Of a stretch of 61,183 nt of DNA, positions 1 to 8,714 are shown piece by piece. Numbering within the stretch: the first letter of the stretch is position 1; every line of letters starts with the position of its first letter. The DNA comes from a virus (Duplodnaviria > Caudoviricetes): positions 1 to 61,183 of IMG/VR virus record IMGVR_UViG_3300023179_000113, one strand, 5' to 3'. Under the pieces are notes generated by a model that saw nothing but the letters and a program-made list of their open reading frames with translations, was not told where the DNA came from and did not search any database. The translations under genes and the position numbers were made by a program.

Positions 1-1510
1 AAGCAGAGTTCAAAGAAATCTTCTTTGCCATCTGAATATTATTACATCGGGCAATTTCTTTAAGTAATTGTTTATCTTTGGTTTTTTCGTATTGTTTTTT
101 TGCCTCAATCATCTTCTTCTTAAAGATAACACGTTCATTATACATTTTTTCCATCAATTCAGGAAGAAATCCACGAACATCCTTGCGATACATTGCACCA
201 TTTGCACATACTGCATAATCCTTATATTCTTCAAAATCAAGTTTTTGATTTAAAATTTTATCTACCGAAACTGTTGGATGACGTTTATCAATTAAAGTTT
301 CAGGTGAAATATTAAATTGCATAATCAAATGTGGATATAGAGAGTTTAAGTCAAAATTGACAACCCAATCATATATTCCCGGTTTTGGTTCTTTTACATA
401 AGCACCGGCATATTTTTCATTCTTGGAAGAACGATTTTTTTGAGGAATGACAATATTTCTTTTCTTCAGGTAATTATAAATGATATTGTCCCACATACGA
501 ACCTGATAGAATACATCAGTAAAATTGACTCGGGCATCAAATGCCATCGTCAGTGCCAATTCAATCAGTTTCATCTTGTCTTCCAATCGGTCAACAAGTT
601 CCACGTCAACAATATTATACTCAATAAACTTCTGCCAGTTTTTGGTATAAAACTCTTTGAAGGTTTCATACTCGGAGTGATCTAGTTTTTTCTGTCCGAG
701 TTCAACTTCGGCAATATAATCCAACCGATAAGATTCTTGTGCCTTATAAGTAAATTTCTTATAAAGATCCATATAATCAAGTTGAGTCACTCCACCAATA
801 TCAAATATCGTATGTTTACGTCCATCAATAAAGACCTCACCTTCACTCACAAGTCCCCAAAGAGACATTCTCTTCATCAACTTTTCACCAAGAATACGAT
901 TTAGTCGTTTACAAATATAAGGAATATCATAGAGTTGTAGATTCCATCCAGTCACAATTTCGGGAGTATTATCCATCCAATATTGAATAAAAGTGTTTAG
1001 AAGAGCAAACTCAGATTCACAATAATGATAAATCAAATCACTACGATTATGAGTAAATGGTTTGATTCCCCAACTTACAATCTTCTTTGTGGCATAATCT
1101 TGTAATGTAATCGCAAGAATTTCTTCCGAGCAGGACTCAACATCAGGGAATCCATTTTCAGACGCAACCTCAATGTCTATAGTTACAAGTTTGATTTTGT
1201 TAATATCAAACTTTATCTCTTCCTCAGAATACTTATCTGAGATGTATTGATAAATGTATCTTTCATTTCCATAGATTTCAAATCCATCTACATTCTCATA
1301 CTTCTTCAGAAACTCACGACAATCTTTTACAGTTCCCGGTTGAACCGCATCAACAACCTCACCAGATAATGTTCTGTATTTGCTTTCCTTTTTGGATTTT
1401 ACAAAAAGAGTTGGTTTAAATTCTTCTCTAAATTCAATGTGCTTCCCATCTTCATATGCCCGAACCAAGAAATAATTTCCAATTAACTGAACATTAGTAT
1501 ACCAACGCAT
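1..1510 (-). CDS. gp43: DNA polymerase family B, 5' part (runs off the window start)
   Basis: Not in the ORF track because it has no stop in the window. Manual translation starts MRWYTNVQLIGNYFLVRAY and contains motif A DWVVNFDLNSLYPHLI and motif B QMAKKISLNSA. ATG overlaps the upstream TAA (TAATG). Confidence 0.97.
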   Translation of the reverse strand, partial: MRWYTNVQLIGNYFLVRAYEDGKHIEFREEFKPTLFVKSKKESKYRTLSGEVVDAVQPGTVKDCREFLKKYENVDGFEIYGNERYIYQYISDKYSEEEIKFDINKIKLVTIDIEVASENGFPDVESCSEEILAITLQDYATKKIVSWGIKPFTHNRSDLIYHYCESEFALLNTFIQYWMDNTPEIVTGWNLQLYDIPYICKRLNRILGEKLMKRMSLWGLVSEGEVFIDGRKHTIFDIGGVTQLDYMDLYKKFTYKAQESYRLDYIAEVELGQKKLDHSEYETFKEFYTKNWQKFIEYNIVDVELVDRLEDKMKLIELALTMAFDARVNFTDVFYQVRMWDNIIYNYLKKRNIVIPQKNRSSKNEKYAGAYVKEPKPGIYDWVVNFDLNSLYPHLIMQFNISPETLIDKRHPTVSVDKILNQKLDFEEYKDYAVCANGAMYRKDVRGFLPELMEKMYNERVIFKKKMIEAKKQYEKTKDKQLLKEIARCNNIQMAKKISLNSA

Positions 1511-1779
1511 TATTTAATTAAATCCTCGTATTTTTCAAGAAGAGTAGGAGTTGGATCTGCAAGAGTTAAGATTTTATCAGAACTTATCATAAAGGTGTTT
1601 TGCTTCGTAACTTTGTGTAAAAGTGCTTGTAGTGTGTGTTCACCTTCTTTATATTCAGTTACAATATGTGGATTTATCAGTTTACAATCTGGTTCTCCAA
1701 TGTCAGCACCAACTTCTTCAATCTGTGAGACCAATATTTGATTGTTCACCATCAACAGAATCTTTATCATCTTTTCCAT
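1510..1779 (-). CDS. Conserved hypothetical protein (T4-like cyanophage core, Sm-like small beta protein)
   Basis: 89 aa, coupled to gp43; GEPDCKLINP motif; usual position between hsp20 and gp43. Confidence 0.75.
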   Translation of the reverse strand: MEKMIKILLMVNNQILVSQIEEVGADIGEPDCKLINPHIVTEYKEGEHTLQALLHKVTKQNTFMISSDKILTLADPTPTLLEKYEDLIK

Positions 1780-2098
1780 AATTCATTACATCCTCAATGT
1801 ACATTTGTGTTAGTCGGGCAATTGGTTCAACAATCGTCACAACCCAATCCGAAGGAACTGGTATGACTTTATCAACCGTTAATGGCATCCAAGGATATAA
1901 AGATACTTGAAATGCTGATTTTTTTTGTTCTTCCGTAGATTCTTCGGTCAGAAGAGTCGGTTCTCGCATTTTTACAATACAAGGTTTATTTAGAAAATAT
2001 CCGATTACGTGACGATTTTCATCTTCTCCAGAAACCATCTCTGAAATATCTGCGATCAAATCTTCTCCAGATTTTAAAAGCAAAAGTTTTACTGTCAT
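1718..2098 (-). CDS. Conserved hypothetical protein (Sm-like; LKSGEDLIA...PWMPL)
   Basis: 126 aa; GGAG RBS upstream; follows a consensus sigma70 promoter; synteny. Confidence 0.8.
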   Translation of the reverse strand: MTVKLLLLKSGEDLIADISEMVSGEDENRHVIGYFLNKPCIVKMREPTLLTEESTEEQKKSAFQVSLYPWMPLTVDKVIPVPSDWVVTIVEPIARLTQMYIEDVMNYGKDDKDSVDGEQSNIGLTD

Positions 2099-2119
2099 TT
2101 ACACTCCACATCTCTTCTT

Positions 2120-2148
2120 ATTATACACAAAAAAAGGGGAGGTGTCAA
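2120..2148 (-). promoter_or_regulatory. Perfect sigma70-type promoter TTGACA-N17-TATAAT driving the two hypothetical genes and gp43
   Basis: Minus strand TTGACA cctcccctttttttgtg TATAAT (-35 at 2148-2143, -10 at 2125-2120). Confidence 0.9.
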
Positions 2149-2175
2149 TCTGGGTTTTGCCAGATTACCTCCCTT
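2129..2175 (-). terminator. Intrinsic terminator downstream of hsp20
   Basis: AAGGGAGGT-AATCTGG-CAAAAC-CCAGATT-GAC-ACCTCCCC followed by T7. Confidence 0.8.
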
Positions 2176-2216
2176 ATAGGCAAAAATAGTTAATGGGTGG
2201 CCCCACGCAATACTAT

Positions 2217-2651
2217 TTAGAACCAGACTTTCTTTTTCTGATGCTCTGGAATAATGCGTGTGAGTTTGATCATAAGAAGTCCATCATCAAACTCAACTCC
2301 GGTGACTTCTACATCATCAGAAATCGTCCATACTCTTGTGAATGACCTTTTTGCAAGTCCCTGATGTAAATATTCACCATTTTCTGTGGAATCTTTTTGG
2401 CCCTCCACAAATAACTTATTATTTTCTGTATAAACAGAGATTTCTTTTTTACTAAATCCTGCCAGAGCAATCTCAACTCTTGTGGCAGTATTACTTTCTT
2501 TGATTACATTATATGGTGGGTAGTTTGACTCTGTTTGATGTAGAGAGTTAAACCGATGAATCCATTCATCCATACCAATCGAATATTTGTCAATATCATT
2601 GAGAAACTTCTCAATGTTTCCAGCATTATATTTTGCGAGTGTCGTGTACAT
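2217..2651 (-). CDS. hsp20: Small heat shock protein (Hsp20/IbpA family)
   Basis: NYPPYNVI, EIALAGF, YLHQGLAKRSFTR and DGLL motifs; start moved to the ATG at 2651 after an AAGGAG RBS. Confidence 0.95.
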   Translation of the reverse strand: MYTTLAKYNAGNIEKFLNDIDKYSIGMDEWIHRFNSLHQTESNYPPYNVIKESNTATRVEIALAGFSKKEISVYTENNKLFVEGQKDSTENGEYLHQGLAKRSFTRVWTISDDVEVTGVEFDDGLLMIKLTRIIPEHQKKKVWF

Positions 2652-2728
2652 AATCGTTCTCCTTAAAAGCAAGAGTGTGTAAATATCAGACCCGAAGCAT
2701 CTGATACTAATAATTATACAATAATCAT

Positions 2729-2753
2729 AAAAAAACGGGGTAGTGAACCCCGT
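2729..2753 (-). terminator. Intrinsic terminator after regA
   Basis: ACGGGG-TTCACTA-CCCCGT followed by a T run. Confidence 0.85.
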
Positions 2754-2759
2754 ATGATT

Positions 2760-3194
2760 TTATTCGGTTTCTGCTGTCTTTCCCTTTTTACCAATATTAT
2801 ATTTCTGTTCTAAAATCCAGTCTCCTTTATCTTTATATGCTAGTACTTTGATTTGATTGAGTGGTGCGATATCCAAAATTCTGTCTTCATCTACGACTGT
2901 CACAAGTCCCCAATCTAGAAGTAAACGAACAATACGATTTCTTCTCTGAACATCATTTACAGTCAGATTTGCGTGTTTACCATCCAGAGCAAACAACTCT
3001 TTGAAATGAACAATAAAGTATCTACCTTGCTTATGAAGAATATGACAAGATTGATAGAGTTTTTTCTCTTTACGAGATGCCACTCCAATACGTGTCAAAG
3101 TCTCACGAACCTTTAAGAAGTCGTCAGGCTCATTCAAAATCACTTCTACCATTTGGTCTTGAGACCATTCAACAGTAGGTTCTACCGTATTCAT
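2760..3194 (-). CDS. regA: Translational repressor RegA
   Basis: PDDFLKVRETLTRIGVAS, LYQSCHILHKQGRYFIVHFKELFALDG. Confidence 0.97.
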   Translation of the reverse strand: MNTVEPTVEWSQDQMVEVILNEPDDFLKVRETLTRIGVASRKEKKLYQSCHILHKQGRYFIVHFKELFALDGKHANLTVNDVQRRNRIVRLLLDWGLVTVVDEDRILDIAPLNQIKVLAYKDKGDWILEQKYNIGKKGKTAETE

Positions 3195-3574
3195 TTTGTT
3201 CCTCCAGTATCAAGTCGTTGTTTAATAAAGTTAATCTGATCTTTTGATAAAATTTTCAGTGCCTGAGATGCTTTTTCATTACTATATCCATAGTATTGTT
3301 TGATACACTCCAAGTCCTTGACTTTATCTTTATGGATCCAGGGAGAAAATCTCTTCCGTTTCCTTACAGTATTTAGATAAAATGAATATTGCATATCTTT
3401 ATCTAAAGAATGATGAAGATTCATTTCATTTGTAAAAAGAATACAATCAATACTTCCAGATAAACATTTGTTGATAATGTATGGCAAATACTCACGGACA
3501 CTATCAGAATCAGTTTCCATAATATTGTTTTTTGTCTGATTGATAGAGTTCAACCAATCTTTGAGTTCAATCAT
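3191..3574 (-). CDS. gp62: Clamp loader small subunit
   Basis: LKDWLNSIN, PYIINKCLS, RKRKRFSPW, YYGYSNEKA; upstream of regA; start set at MIELKDW after GAGGGG. Confidence 0.93.
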   Translation of the reverse strand: MIELKDWLNSINQTKNNIMETDSDSVREYLPYIINKCLSGSIDCILFTNEMNLHHSLDKDMQYSFYLNTVRKRKRFSPWIHKDKVKDLECIKQYYGYSNEKASQALKILSKDQINFIKQRLDTGGTK

Positions 3575-4469
3575 CAACGAGCCCCTCACTTTTTAATTTA
3601 TTATAATTATAGCATCCATCAAAAGCAAATTGGATTTTTGGATTTTTGTTGTAATTAAAAAGAAGAAGTTCTTTACGTTGTTTTTGGTCTCTCATATATT
3701 CACCCACAGAACGCATCGTATAAGTCAAATCAAACTCGGCAGCATTCCAGTTTTTAAATCTATCTTTTACCAACTGATCTGAATTATAACTTATCAATTG
3801 ATCCATATTATTATTATCGCAATCAACAGCAAACTTATCGTGATCAAATCCTTTGTGCATTGATCCTTTGTTGCCATAGAGATTATCCTTAATGTCATAA
3901 GGAGGATCAAGATACATAAAAACATTTCTGTTTCCATCCATCATATAATCATAAGAATAGTTAGTTATACGCCATTTAGAAATAAGTTGTGAATAATCCG
4001 GCAGTTTCTCAATACCACGCATACTGAAATTTGCATTAGATGCCTGTGGTGAAAATGATGAACTTTCGGTAAGACCACTAAAAGAACACTTATTTACAAT
4101 ATAAAATGCAACGGCACGATCAAAATTATTCACAGAAATATCACCAACCTTAACTTTACTTGAAAGAAATAATATCTTTGCCGATACCGGATCATTATAA
4201 CTTGATTTTAAATCTGACAAAGCATTCTTCAAATCTGTTCCAAACATCTGAAGTTGTTGCCAGAAGTTTACAAGAGGTTCATAAAGATCATTTGCCCAAA
4301 TAGTTAAGTCTGGATATTTTTTGGTAATATAAATTGCCACAGATCCACCACCAAGAAATGGTTCCCGAAACTCCTTATAATTTCTAAGATCTGGAAAGTA
4401 TGGATCCATCTTTGTGACCGCCCTACTTTTGCCCCCAGGATATCTTAAACAAGTCTTAAGAGATTTCAT
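3567..4469 (-). CDS. dam: DNA adenine methyltransferase (Dam / D12 class)
   Basis: LRYPGGKS, EPFLGGGS (SAM binding), YLDPPY (N6-adenine catalytic motif). Confidence 0.93.
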   Translation of the reverse strand: MKSLKTCLRYPGGKSRAVTKMDPYFPDLRNYKEFREPFLGGGSVAIYITKKYPDLTIWANDLYEPLVNFWQQLQMFGTDLKNALSDLKSSYNDPVSAKILFLSSKVKVGDISVNNFDRAVAFYIVNKCSFSGLTESSSFSPQASNANFSMRGIEKLPDYSQLISKWRITNYSYDYMMDGNRNVFMYLDPPYDIKDNLYGNKGSMHKGFDHDKFAVDCDNNNMDQLISYNSDQLVKDRFKNWNAAEFDLTYTMRSVGEYMRDQKQRKELLLFNYNKNPKIQFAFDGCYNYNKLKSEGLVDD

Positions 4470-5410
4470 TTAAAGTTACTCTCAATCATTATTTCTGTTA
4501 ATGCTGCTAAAAGATTTATCTCTTGGTCTGCTACAAATGCCGATTGATATTGATATTTCGCCACAATAAGAACACAAGCAGCAATACTGGGACCATCCAG
4601 ATGTTCATATAGAGCATCATACACCATACGAAGAATACTAGTGGCATCATTATCAAGGTTTGCCACAATCCATTTACGAACTTCCGGAAAGTTCTTTTCT
4701 TTGAGATATTTAATGAGATCATTTACTTTAACGTCAGAGAAAGTAGCAAGAATGGCAGAATCAATGCCACCAGATACGGAATAACGTTGGCATTCATTTA
4801 GGACTCTTCTCCAATCAGGAAAATGCTTATTTATCAGTTGAACGAGAACCTTATCATCTGCCTCAACTTTTTCTTGATCCAGAATCTTTTTGAGCCTTTC
4901 AAAGAACTTTGCTGCGATTTTTGGTCGTTCTTTGGACTTAACACCAAATTCGATAACGGCACATCGGGAATGAAGAGGTTCGATGATTTTGTTTTTGTAG
5001 TTACAAGTGAAGATAAATCGGCAGTTGCTATAAAATGCCTCAATATTCGCCCGTAAGAGGAGTTGAACATCGTTCCCTGTGTTATCACACTCGTCAATAA
5101 TGATAACTTTGTGTTTGCCAGTTGCTTGAAGTGATACGGTCGAAGCAAAGTTCTTTGCCTGGTTCCGTACTGTGTCGAGAAATCTTCCCTCATCAGATCC
5201 ATTAATGACATAAAAATCAACTCCTAATTCATTACAAAGTGCTTTGGCAACTGTTGTCTTACCAATCCCAGGAGGACCAGCAAGTAACAGATTTGGTATT
5301 TGTCCTTGATTCACAAAATCCTGAAATGTTTTTTTAATACTTTCAGGAAGAATGCAATCTTCAATTTTCTTCGGTGCGTATTTTTCTACCCACAAGAAAT
5401 CATTATTCAT
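4466..5410 (-). CDS. gp44: Clamp loader large subunit (AAA+)
   Basis: LWVEKYAP, Walker A GPPGIGKTT, Walker B IIIDECD, SRC motif. Confidence 0.97.
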   Translation of the reverse strand: MNNDFLWVEKYAPKKIEDCILPESIKKTFQDFVNQGQIPNLLLAGPPGIGKTTVAKALCNELGVDFYVINGSDEGRFLDTVRNQAKNFASTVSLQATGKHKVIIIDECDNTGNDVQLLLRANIEAFYSNCRFIFTCNYKNKIIEPLHSRCAVIEFGVKSKERPKIAAKFFERLKKILDQEKVEADDKVLVQLINKHFPDWRRVLNECQRYSVSGGIDSAILATFSDVKVNDLIKYLKEKNFPEVRKWIVANLDNDATSILRMVYDALYEHLDGPSIAACVLIVAKYQYQSAFVADQEINLLAALTEIMIESNFK

Positions 5411-5413
5411 AAT

Positions 5414-5536
5414 TTAGATCCATTCAGGTTTTTTCAATTCAGAACTTGGGATAATTTCCCACCACTCATTCCCATCAAAAATATACAATTTAAGTGTATC
5501 CTTGTCAAGAAAAAAGTCACCTTTTTTATACGTCAT
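5414..5536 (-). CDS. 40-aa hypothetical protein (not in ORF track)
   Basis: MTYKKGDFFLDKDTLKLYIFDGNEWWEIIPSSELKKPEWI; ATGA overlap with the upstream stop; exactly fills the gap before gp44. Confidence 0.7.
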   Translation of the reverse strand: MTYKKGDFFLDKDTLKLYIFDGNEWWEIIPSSELKKPEWI

Positions 5537-6045
5537 ACCCATTCTGGACGCCTTTGAGGCATACGAAGATAGTTATCCTTCACCCAAGGTTTAGATGCGA
5601 TGTATCTTTTGTAAGCAGTAAAAGTGTCAATGCTATCGTCAAGTTTATATTCATCAGGCATAGCACGAACAAATGGAGTCACTTTATCAATCTTACCTTT
5701 AGGAAAGATGTAATAGGCATCTACAAGAGTTTTGTAGCACGAATGAGTTTTATTATACCGCAAAGTATATTCATCACACAAGTTCATTCCCCACTTGATT
5801 AACCAATAGGCATTATCAATAGTCTTTGCTGCCCATTGAGTACAAGGGTGATTACGGAAGGCACCCTTCTCTGTCTTGTAGGGGGTTCCATCGGTCTTGG
5901 GAAGAGTTCCATATCCGTGCCCCCATTTTTCTGATGCCACGATGGAGAGCATTTGGCAGCACTCTAAGGGCATCTTAACTACGTGTTTATCTGGAAGACA
6001 AGTGGCACTCTCGGCAGGAAATGGAGATGTGACGAAGATATTCAT
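5533..6045 (-). CDS. Pyrimidine-dimer DNA glycosylase / endonuclease V-like protein
   Basis: MNIFVT...DKHVVKMPLECCQMLS, HPCTQWA, AMPDEYK family pattern. Confidence 0.75.
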   Translation of the reverse strand: MNIFVTSPFPAESATCLPDKHVVKMPLECCQMLSIVASEKWGHGYGTLPKTDGTPYKTEKGAFRNHPCTQWAAKTIDNAYWLIKWGMNLCDEYTLRYNKTHSCYKTLVDAYYIFPKGKIDKVTPFVRAMPDEYKLDDSIDTFTAYKRYIASKPWVKDNYLRMPQRRPEWV

Positions 6046-6728
6046 TCAAAAGTAGAATCAGGCTCCATAGCAATATAATACTTCAAATCTCTGTCGGTGC
6101 TTGTAAATCGTGATAAAAGTTTTTGTGAAATGACAACCTCATAGGCACCAGGAAGAATCTTGATATTCTCTACTTTAAAGTTAAATGTAAAGACACTATC
6201 GGTTTCTCCAACTACTATAGAAAAATTGTTTGACGTGTCATTCTTTTTATCTCTTACTACTAGTTTGATCACACCTGCATCACCAACAGCAGAAAGGTCG
6301 GGAAGTTGATAAATCGCAGATGCCTTGAGTAACTTATCTAACTGTTGAGTATTCAACTCAAAGCACACATCCTCACTCGGAAGAGTAATTTCTTTATCTG
6401 GTGGAATCACGATTACACTTGGATCAGCAAAGAAATACTTAGATCGCATTTTACCTTCACGAATCACCACATAACCATCATTATCAAAATCCAATTCGGC
6501 ATTTTGGTGAAGATTAAGTCCATTTAGGAATTGGTTTAGATCGTAAATACCAAAGTCCTTTGGAAACTCTTCGGTAATCTCTGCTTCGGCAAGAATATTC
6601 TTCATCACAGAAATAGTGCGAAGTTTGTTTCCTTGCTTGAACAAAATTGATTGATTAATACCAGAAAAATTCTTCAGCAATGACAATGTTTTATCAGAAA
6701 GTTTCATAGTTTGATTTTTGAGTTTCAT
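6042..6728 (-). CDS. gp45: Sliding clamp
   Basis: MKLSDKTLSLLKNFSGINQSILF, FGIYDLNQFL, YYIAMEPDS; start at 6728 or 6707. Confidence 0.96.
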   Translation of the reverse strand: MKLKNQTMKLSDKTLSLLKNFSGINQSILFKQGNKLRTISVMKNILAEAEITEEFPKDFGIYDLNQFLNGLNLHQNAELDFDNDGYVVIREGKMRSKYFFADPSVIVIPPDKEITLPSEDVCFELNTQQLDKLLKASAIYQLPDLSAVGDAGVIKLVVRDKKNDTSNNFSIVVGETDSVFTFNFKVENIKILPGAYEVVISQKLLSRFTSTDRDLKYYIAMEPDSTFE

Positions 6729-7263
6729 TATTAAATCCGGCAAAATGATATAAAAGAACACCGTAATGTATAATCTTCAGAGCATCAAGTTTTGACATTC
6801 CATCCTTCTTACCAAAACGAGAAGAATACTTAATGAGATTATCGCGGCAGAAGGGAACTCCATCGTCAATCGCATCAATCATATCCAGAACCTGAACCTT
6901 TGACTTATCAGAGGCATAGTGTCCACGGTAAGTTCCCTTAATATATTCTTCTACTACTTTCAGAGTCTTTCCTTCACCAAACTTCCAGAAATGATCTGAA
7001 TTTAGTGATGGTTTTACCTCATAAGAAGTGGGAATAGTGTGGGAATTTAAAGAAAGAACATCTGGAGATGCATATGGATTTCCAGTTATACTAAAACCAT
7101 CATCTTCCCAGTAGTTATCATAGTTAAAGGAAATGTGGTCTTCTCCCATACCACCAAGAAGATGACTTCCAGTAACAGATCCAGTAACAGAAGATCCAGC
7201 TGCTACTGCCGAATAACCTTCGGGAATAAGACTTTCATAATCGGTTTCAAAATTTTCAGTCAT
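6694..7263 (-). CDS. Conserved hypothetical protein, C-terminal DUF3310-like domain
   Basis: GTYRGHY...FCRDNLIKYSSRFGKKDG...DALKIIHY pattern; long low-complexity N-terminus; usual position between cobS and gp45. Confidence 0.7.
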   Translation of the reverse strand: MTENFETDYESLIPEGYSAVAAGSSVTGSVTGSHLLGGMGEDHISFNYDNYWEDDGFSITGNPYASPDVLSLNSHTIPTSYEVKPSLNSDHFWKFGEGKTLKVVEEYIKGTYRGHYASDKSKVQVLDMIDAIDDGVPFCRDNLIKYSSRFGKKDGMSKLDALKIIHYGVLLYHFAGFNNETQKSNYETF

Positions 7264-7299
7264 AAAGTTTCACAATCAAAGAGAGTTTTATCTTTTAGT

Positions 7300-7328
7300 A
7301 TTATATCAGTTTGTTTTCATTTTGGCAA
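7300..7328 (-). promoter_or_regulatory. Sigma70-type promoter TTGCCA-N17-TATAAT overlapping the cobS stop
   Basis: Minus strand TTGCCA aaatgaaaacaaactga TATAAT. Confidence 0.75.
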
Positions 7329-8460
7329 CATAATCACGAAGAGCTTGCCGTTCTGCCAGAATTTCTTCATCGACTTCATCAACAGGCATCTTGAAATCCA
7401 CATCAATCTTATCATAAAGTTCCAAGAATGCCTGTTTGGTTTCATCATCAAAACGATTTATACAAACCTGTATTGCCTTTGCTTTATCACCAAAAATGCT
7501 GTAGGCACGAATGATGTGAACGAGACGGCGGGTGCTGATGATTTCCTCAATACCACCATCATAGAAGGTCTTACGGATTACATCACCCCAATCAACAAGT
7601 CTCTTACAGAAATCACGATCCTCAAGACCAAGATCCAAAGAAATACCCTCTAAAATCTTTTGCTCAACAGCAGGAGCAGGATAAGATTGTTCAAAGGTCA
7701 CAGGAAATCTTTCTAAGAATGCTTCGTTGAGCACATTAGTTCCGATAAACCTACCATCCTCAGAACCTTTACCTTTGGTATTTGCAGTTGCAAAAACATT
7801 AAATCCAACAGAGGGTTTTACAAACTTACCAATCTTTTTCAGAAAGACACCTTTACCTTCCAATACAGATTGAAGACAGAGGATTTTATTGGAGGCAAGA
7901 TCAATCTCATCCAAAAGTAAAATAGCACCACGTTCAAGTGCTTCAATCACAGGGCCATTATGCCAGACAGTTGCACCGTCCACAAGACGAAAACCACCAA
8001 TCAGATCATCTTCATCAGTTTCAATCGTAATATTTACACGAATCAATTCACGTCCAGTCTGAGCACAAGCTTGCTCCACAGAGAACGTTTTACCATTACC
8101 CGATAGACCCGTAATAAACGTTGGGTAAAAAATACGGGACTGAATAATTTTTTTAATATCGTTGAAGTTACCAAACTTGACGAAAGTATCATCTTTATCA
8201 GGAATAAGATTTTGCTCCAAAGCAGGAAGAGCAGCAGGAGAAGAAAAACTACGTTCTATTTCTTGAACCTTTTCTTGCGTCACTTCCAAGTTCCACTTAC
8301 CACGAGAGGTTTTATATTTCTCAAGATTTTTTGTAACGGTTTGATAAGCACTTCCATTACTAGCACACCAACCACGAATGTCGGCACCAGTAATTTCCGA
8401 TCCAAAAAGTGTTTTGAGAGAAGAAACGATATAATCGGGAGTCATTTTGAGACGGAGCAT
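7306..8460 (-). CDS. cobS: CobS-like MoxR-family AAA+ ATPase
   Basis: Walker A GLSGNGKT, DEDDLIGG, Walker B LLLDEID, ATANTKG, NEAFLERF, STRRL. Confidence 0.92.
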   Translation of the reverse strand: MLRLKMTPDYIVSSLKTLFGSEITGADIRGWCASNGSAYQTVTKNLEKYKTSRGKWNLEVTQEKVQEIERSFSSPAALPALEQNLIPDKDDTFVKFGNFNDIKKIIQSRIFYPTFITGLSGNGKTFSVEQACAQTGRELIRVNITIETDEDDLIGGFRLVDGATVWHNGPVIEALERGAILLLDEIDLASNKILCLQSVLEGKGVFLKKIGKFVKPSVGFNVFATANTKGKGSEDGRFIGTNVLNEAFLERFPVTFEQSYPAPAVEQKILEGISLDLGLEDRDFCKRLVDWGDVIRKTFYDGGIEEIISTRRLVHIIRAYSIFGDKAKAIQVCINRFDDETKQAFLELYDKIDVDFKMPVDEVDEEILAERQALRDYVAKMKTN

Positions 8461-8487
8461 AGTGAGTAGTTTGTTTCAACTTTAGTC

Positions 8488-8543
8488 ATTATAACAGCAA
8501 TCAGAGTCTCAAAACCAACCTACTGGACGGTTTCTAAACTGTC
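8488..8543 (-). promoter_or_regulatory. Promoter: extended -10 (TGtTATAAT) plus upstream imperfect palindrome GACAGTTTAGAAACCGTC
   Basis: Read from sequence; a similar motif sits at the same spacing upstream of the cobT-like gene. Confidence 0.65.
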
Positions 8544-8714
8544 TCTGATTTCACTCAAACGATTTAGACTTACTAAATGTCCTTTATATCCAGGATAATA
8601 TTTTTCTACAAGAGCACCAATACCCATCGCAGTAATGGCACTGTCACACTTCAAATAAACTCTTTTATTCTTGTGATCTATTGCACAGGGCATTCCCCAA
8701 ATTTCCTTTTTCAT
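8520..8714 (-). CDS. Hypothetical protein (64 aa)
   Basis: ATG overlaps the upstream TGA; co-oriented in the operon. Confidence 0.75.
   Translation of the reverse strand: MKKEIWGMPCAIDHKNKRVYLKCDSAITAMGIGALVEKYYPGYKGHLVSLNRLSEIRDSLETVQ

Noticed and set aside
68-685. Plus-strand ORFs 68..253 and 440..685
   Set aside because: Shadows of gp43, which occupies the minus strand with clear polymerase motifs
7135-7653. 172-aa plus-strand ORF
   Set aside because: Antisense to cobS and its neighbour; no RBS or recognisable motif
7306-8460. cobS as a cobalamin-biosynthesis auxiliary gene
   Set aside because: No cobN or other cob genes in the window; a generic MoxR AAA+/VWA pair is the safer reading
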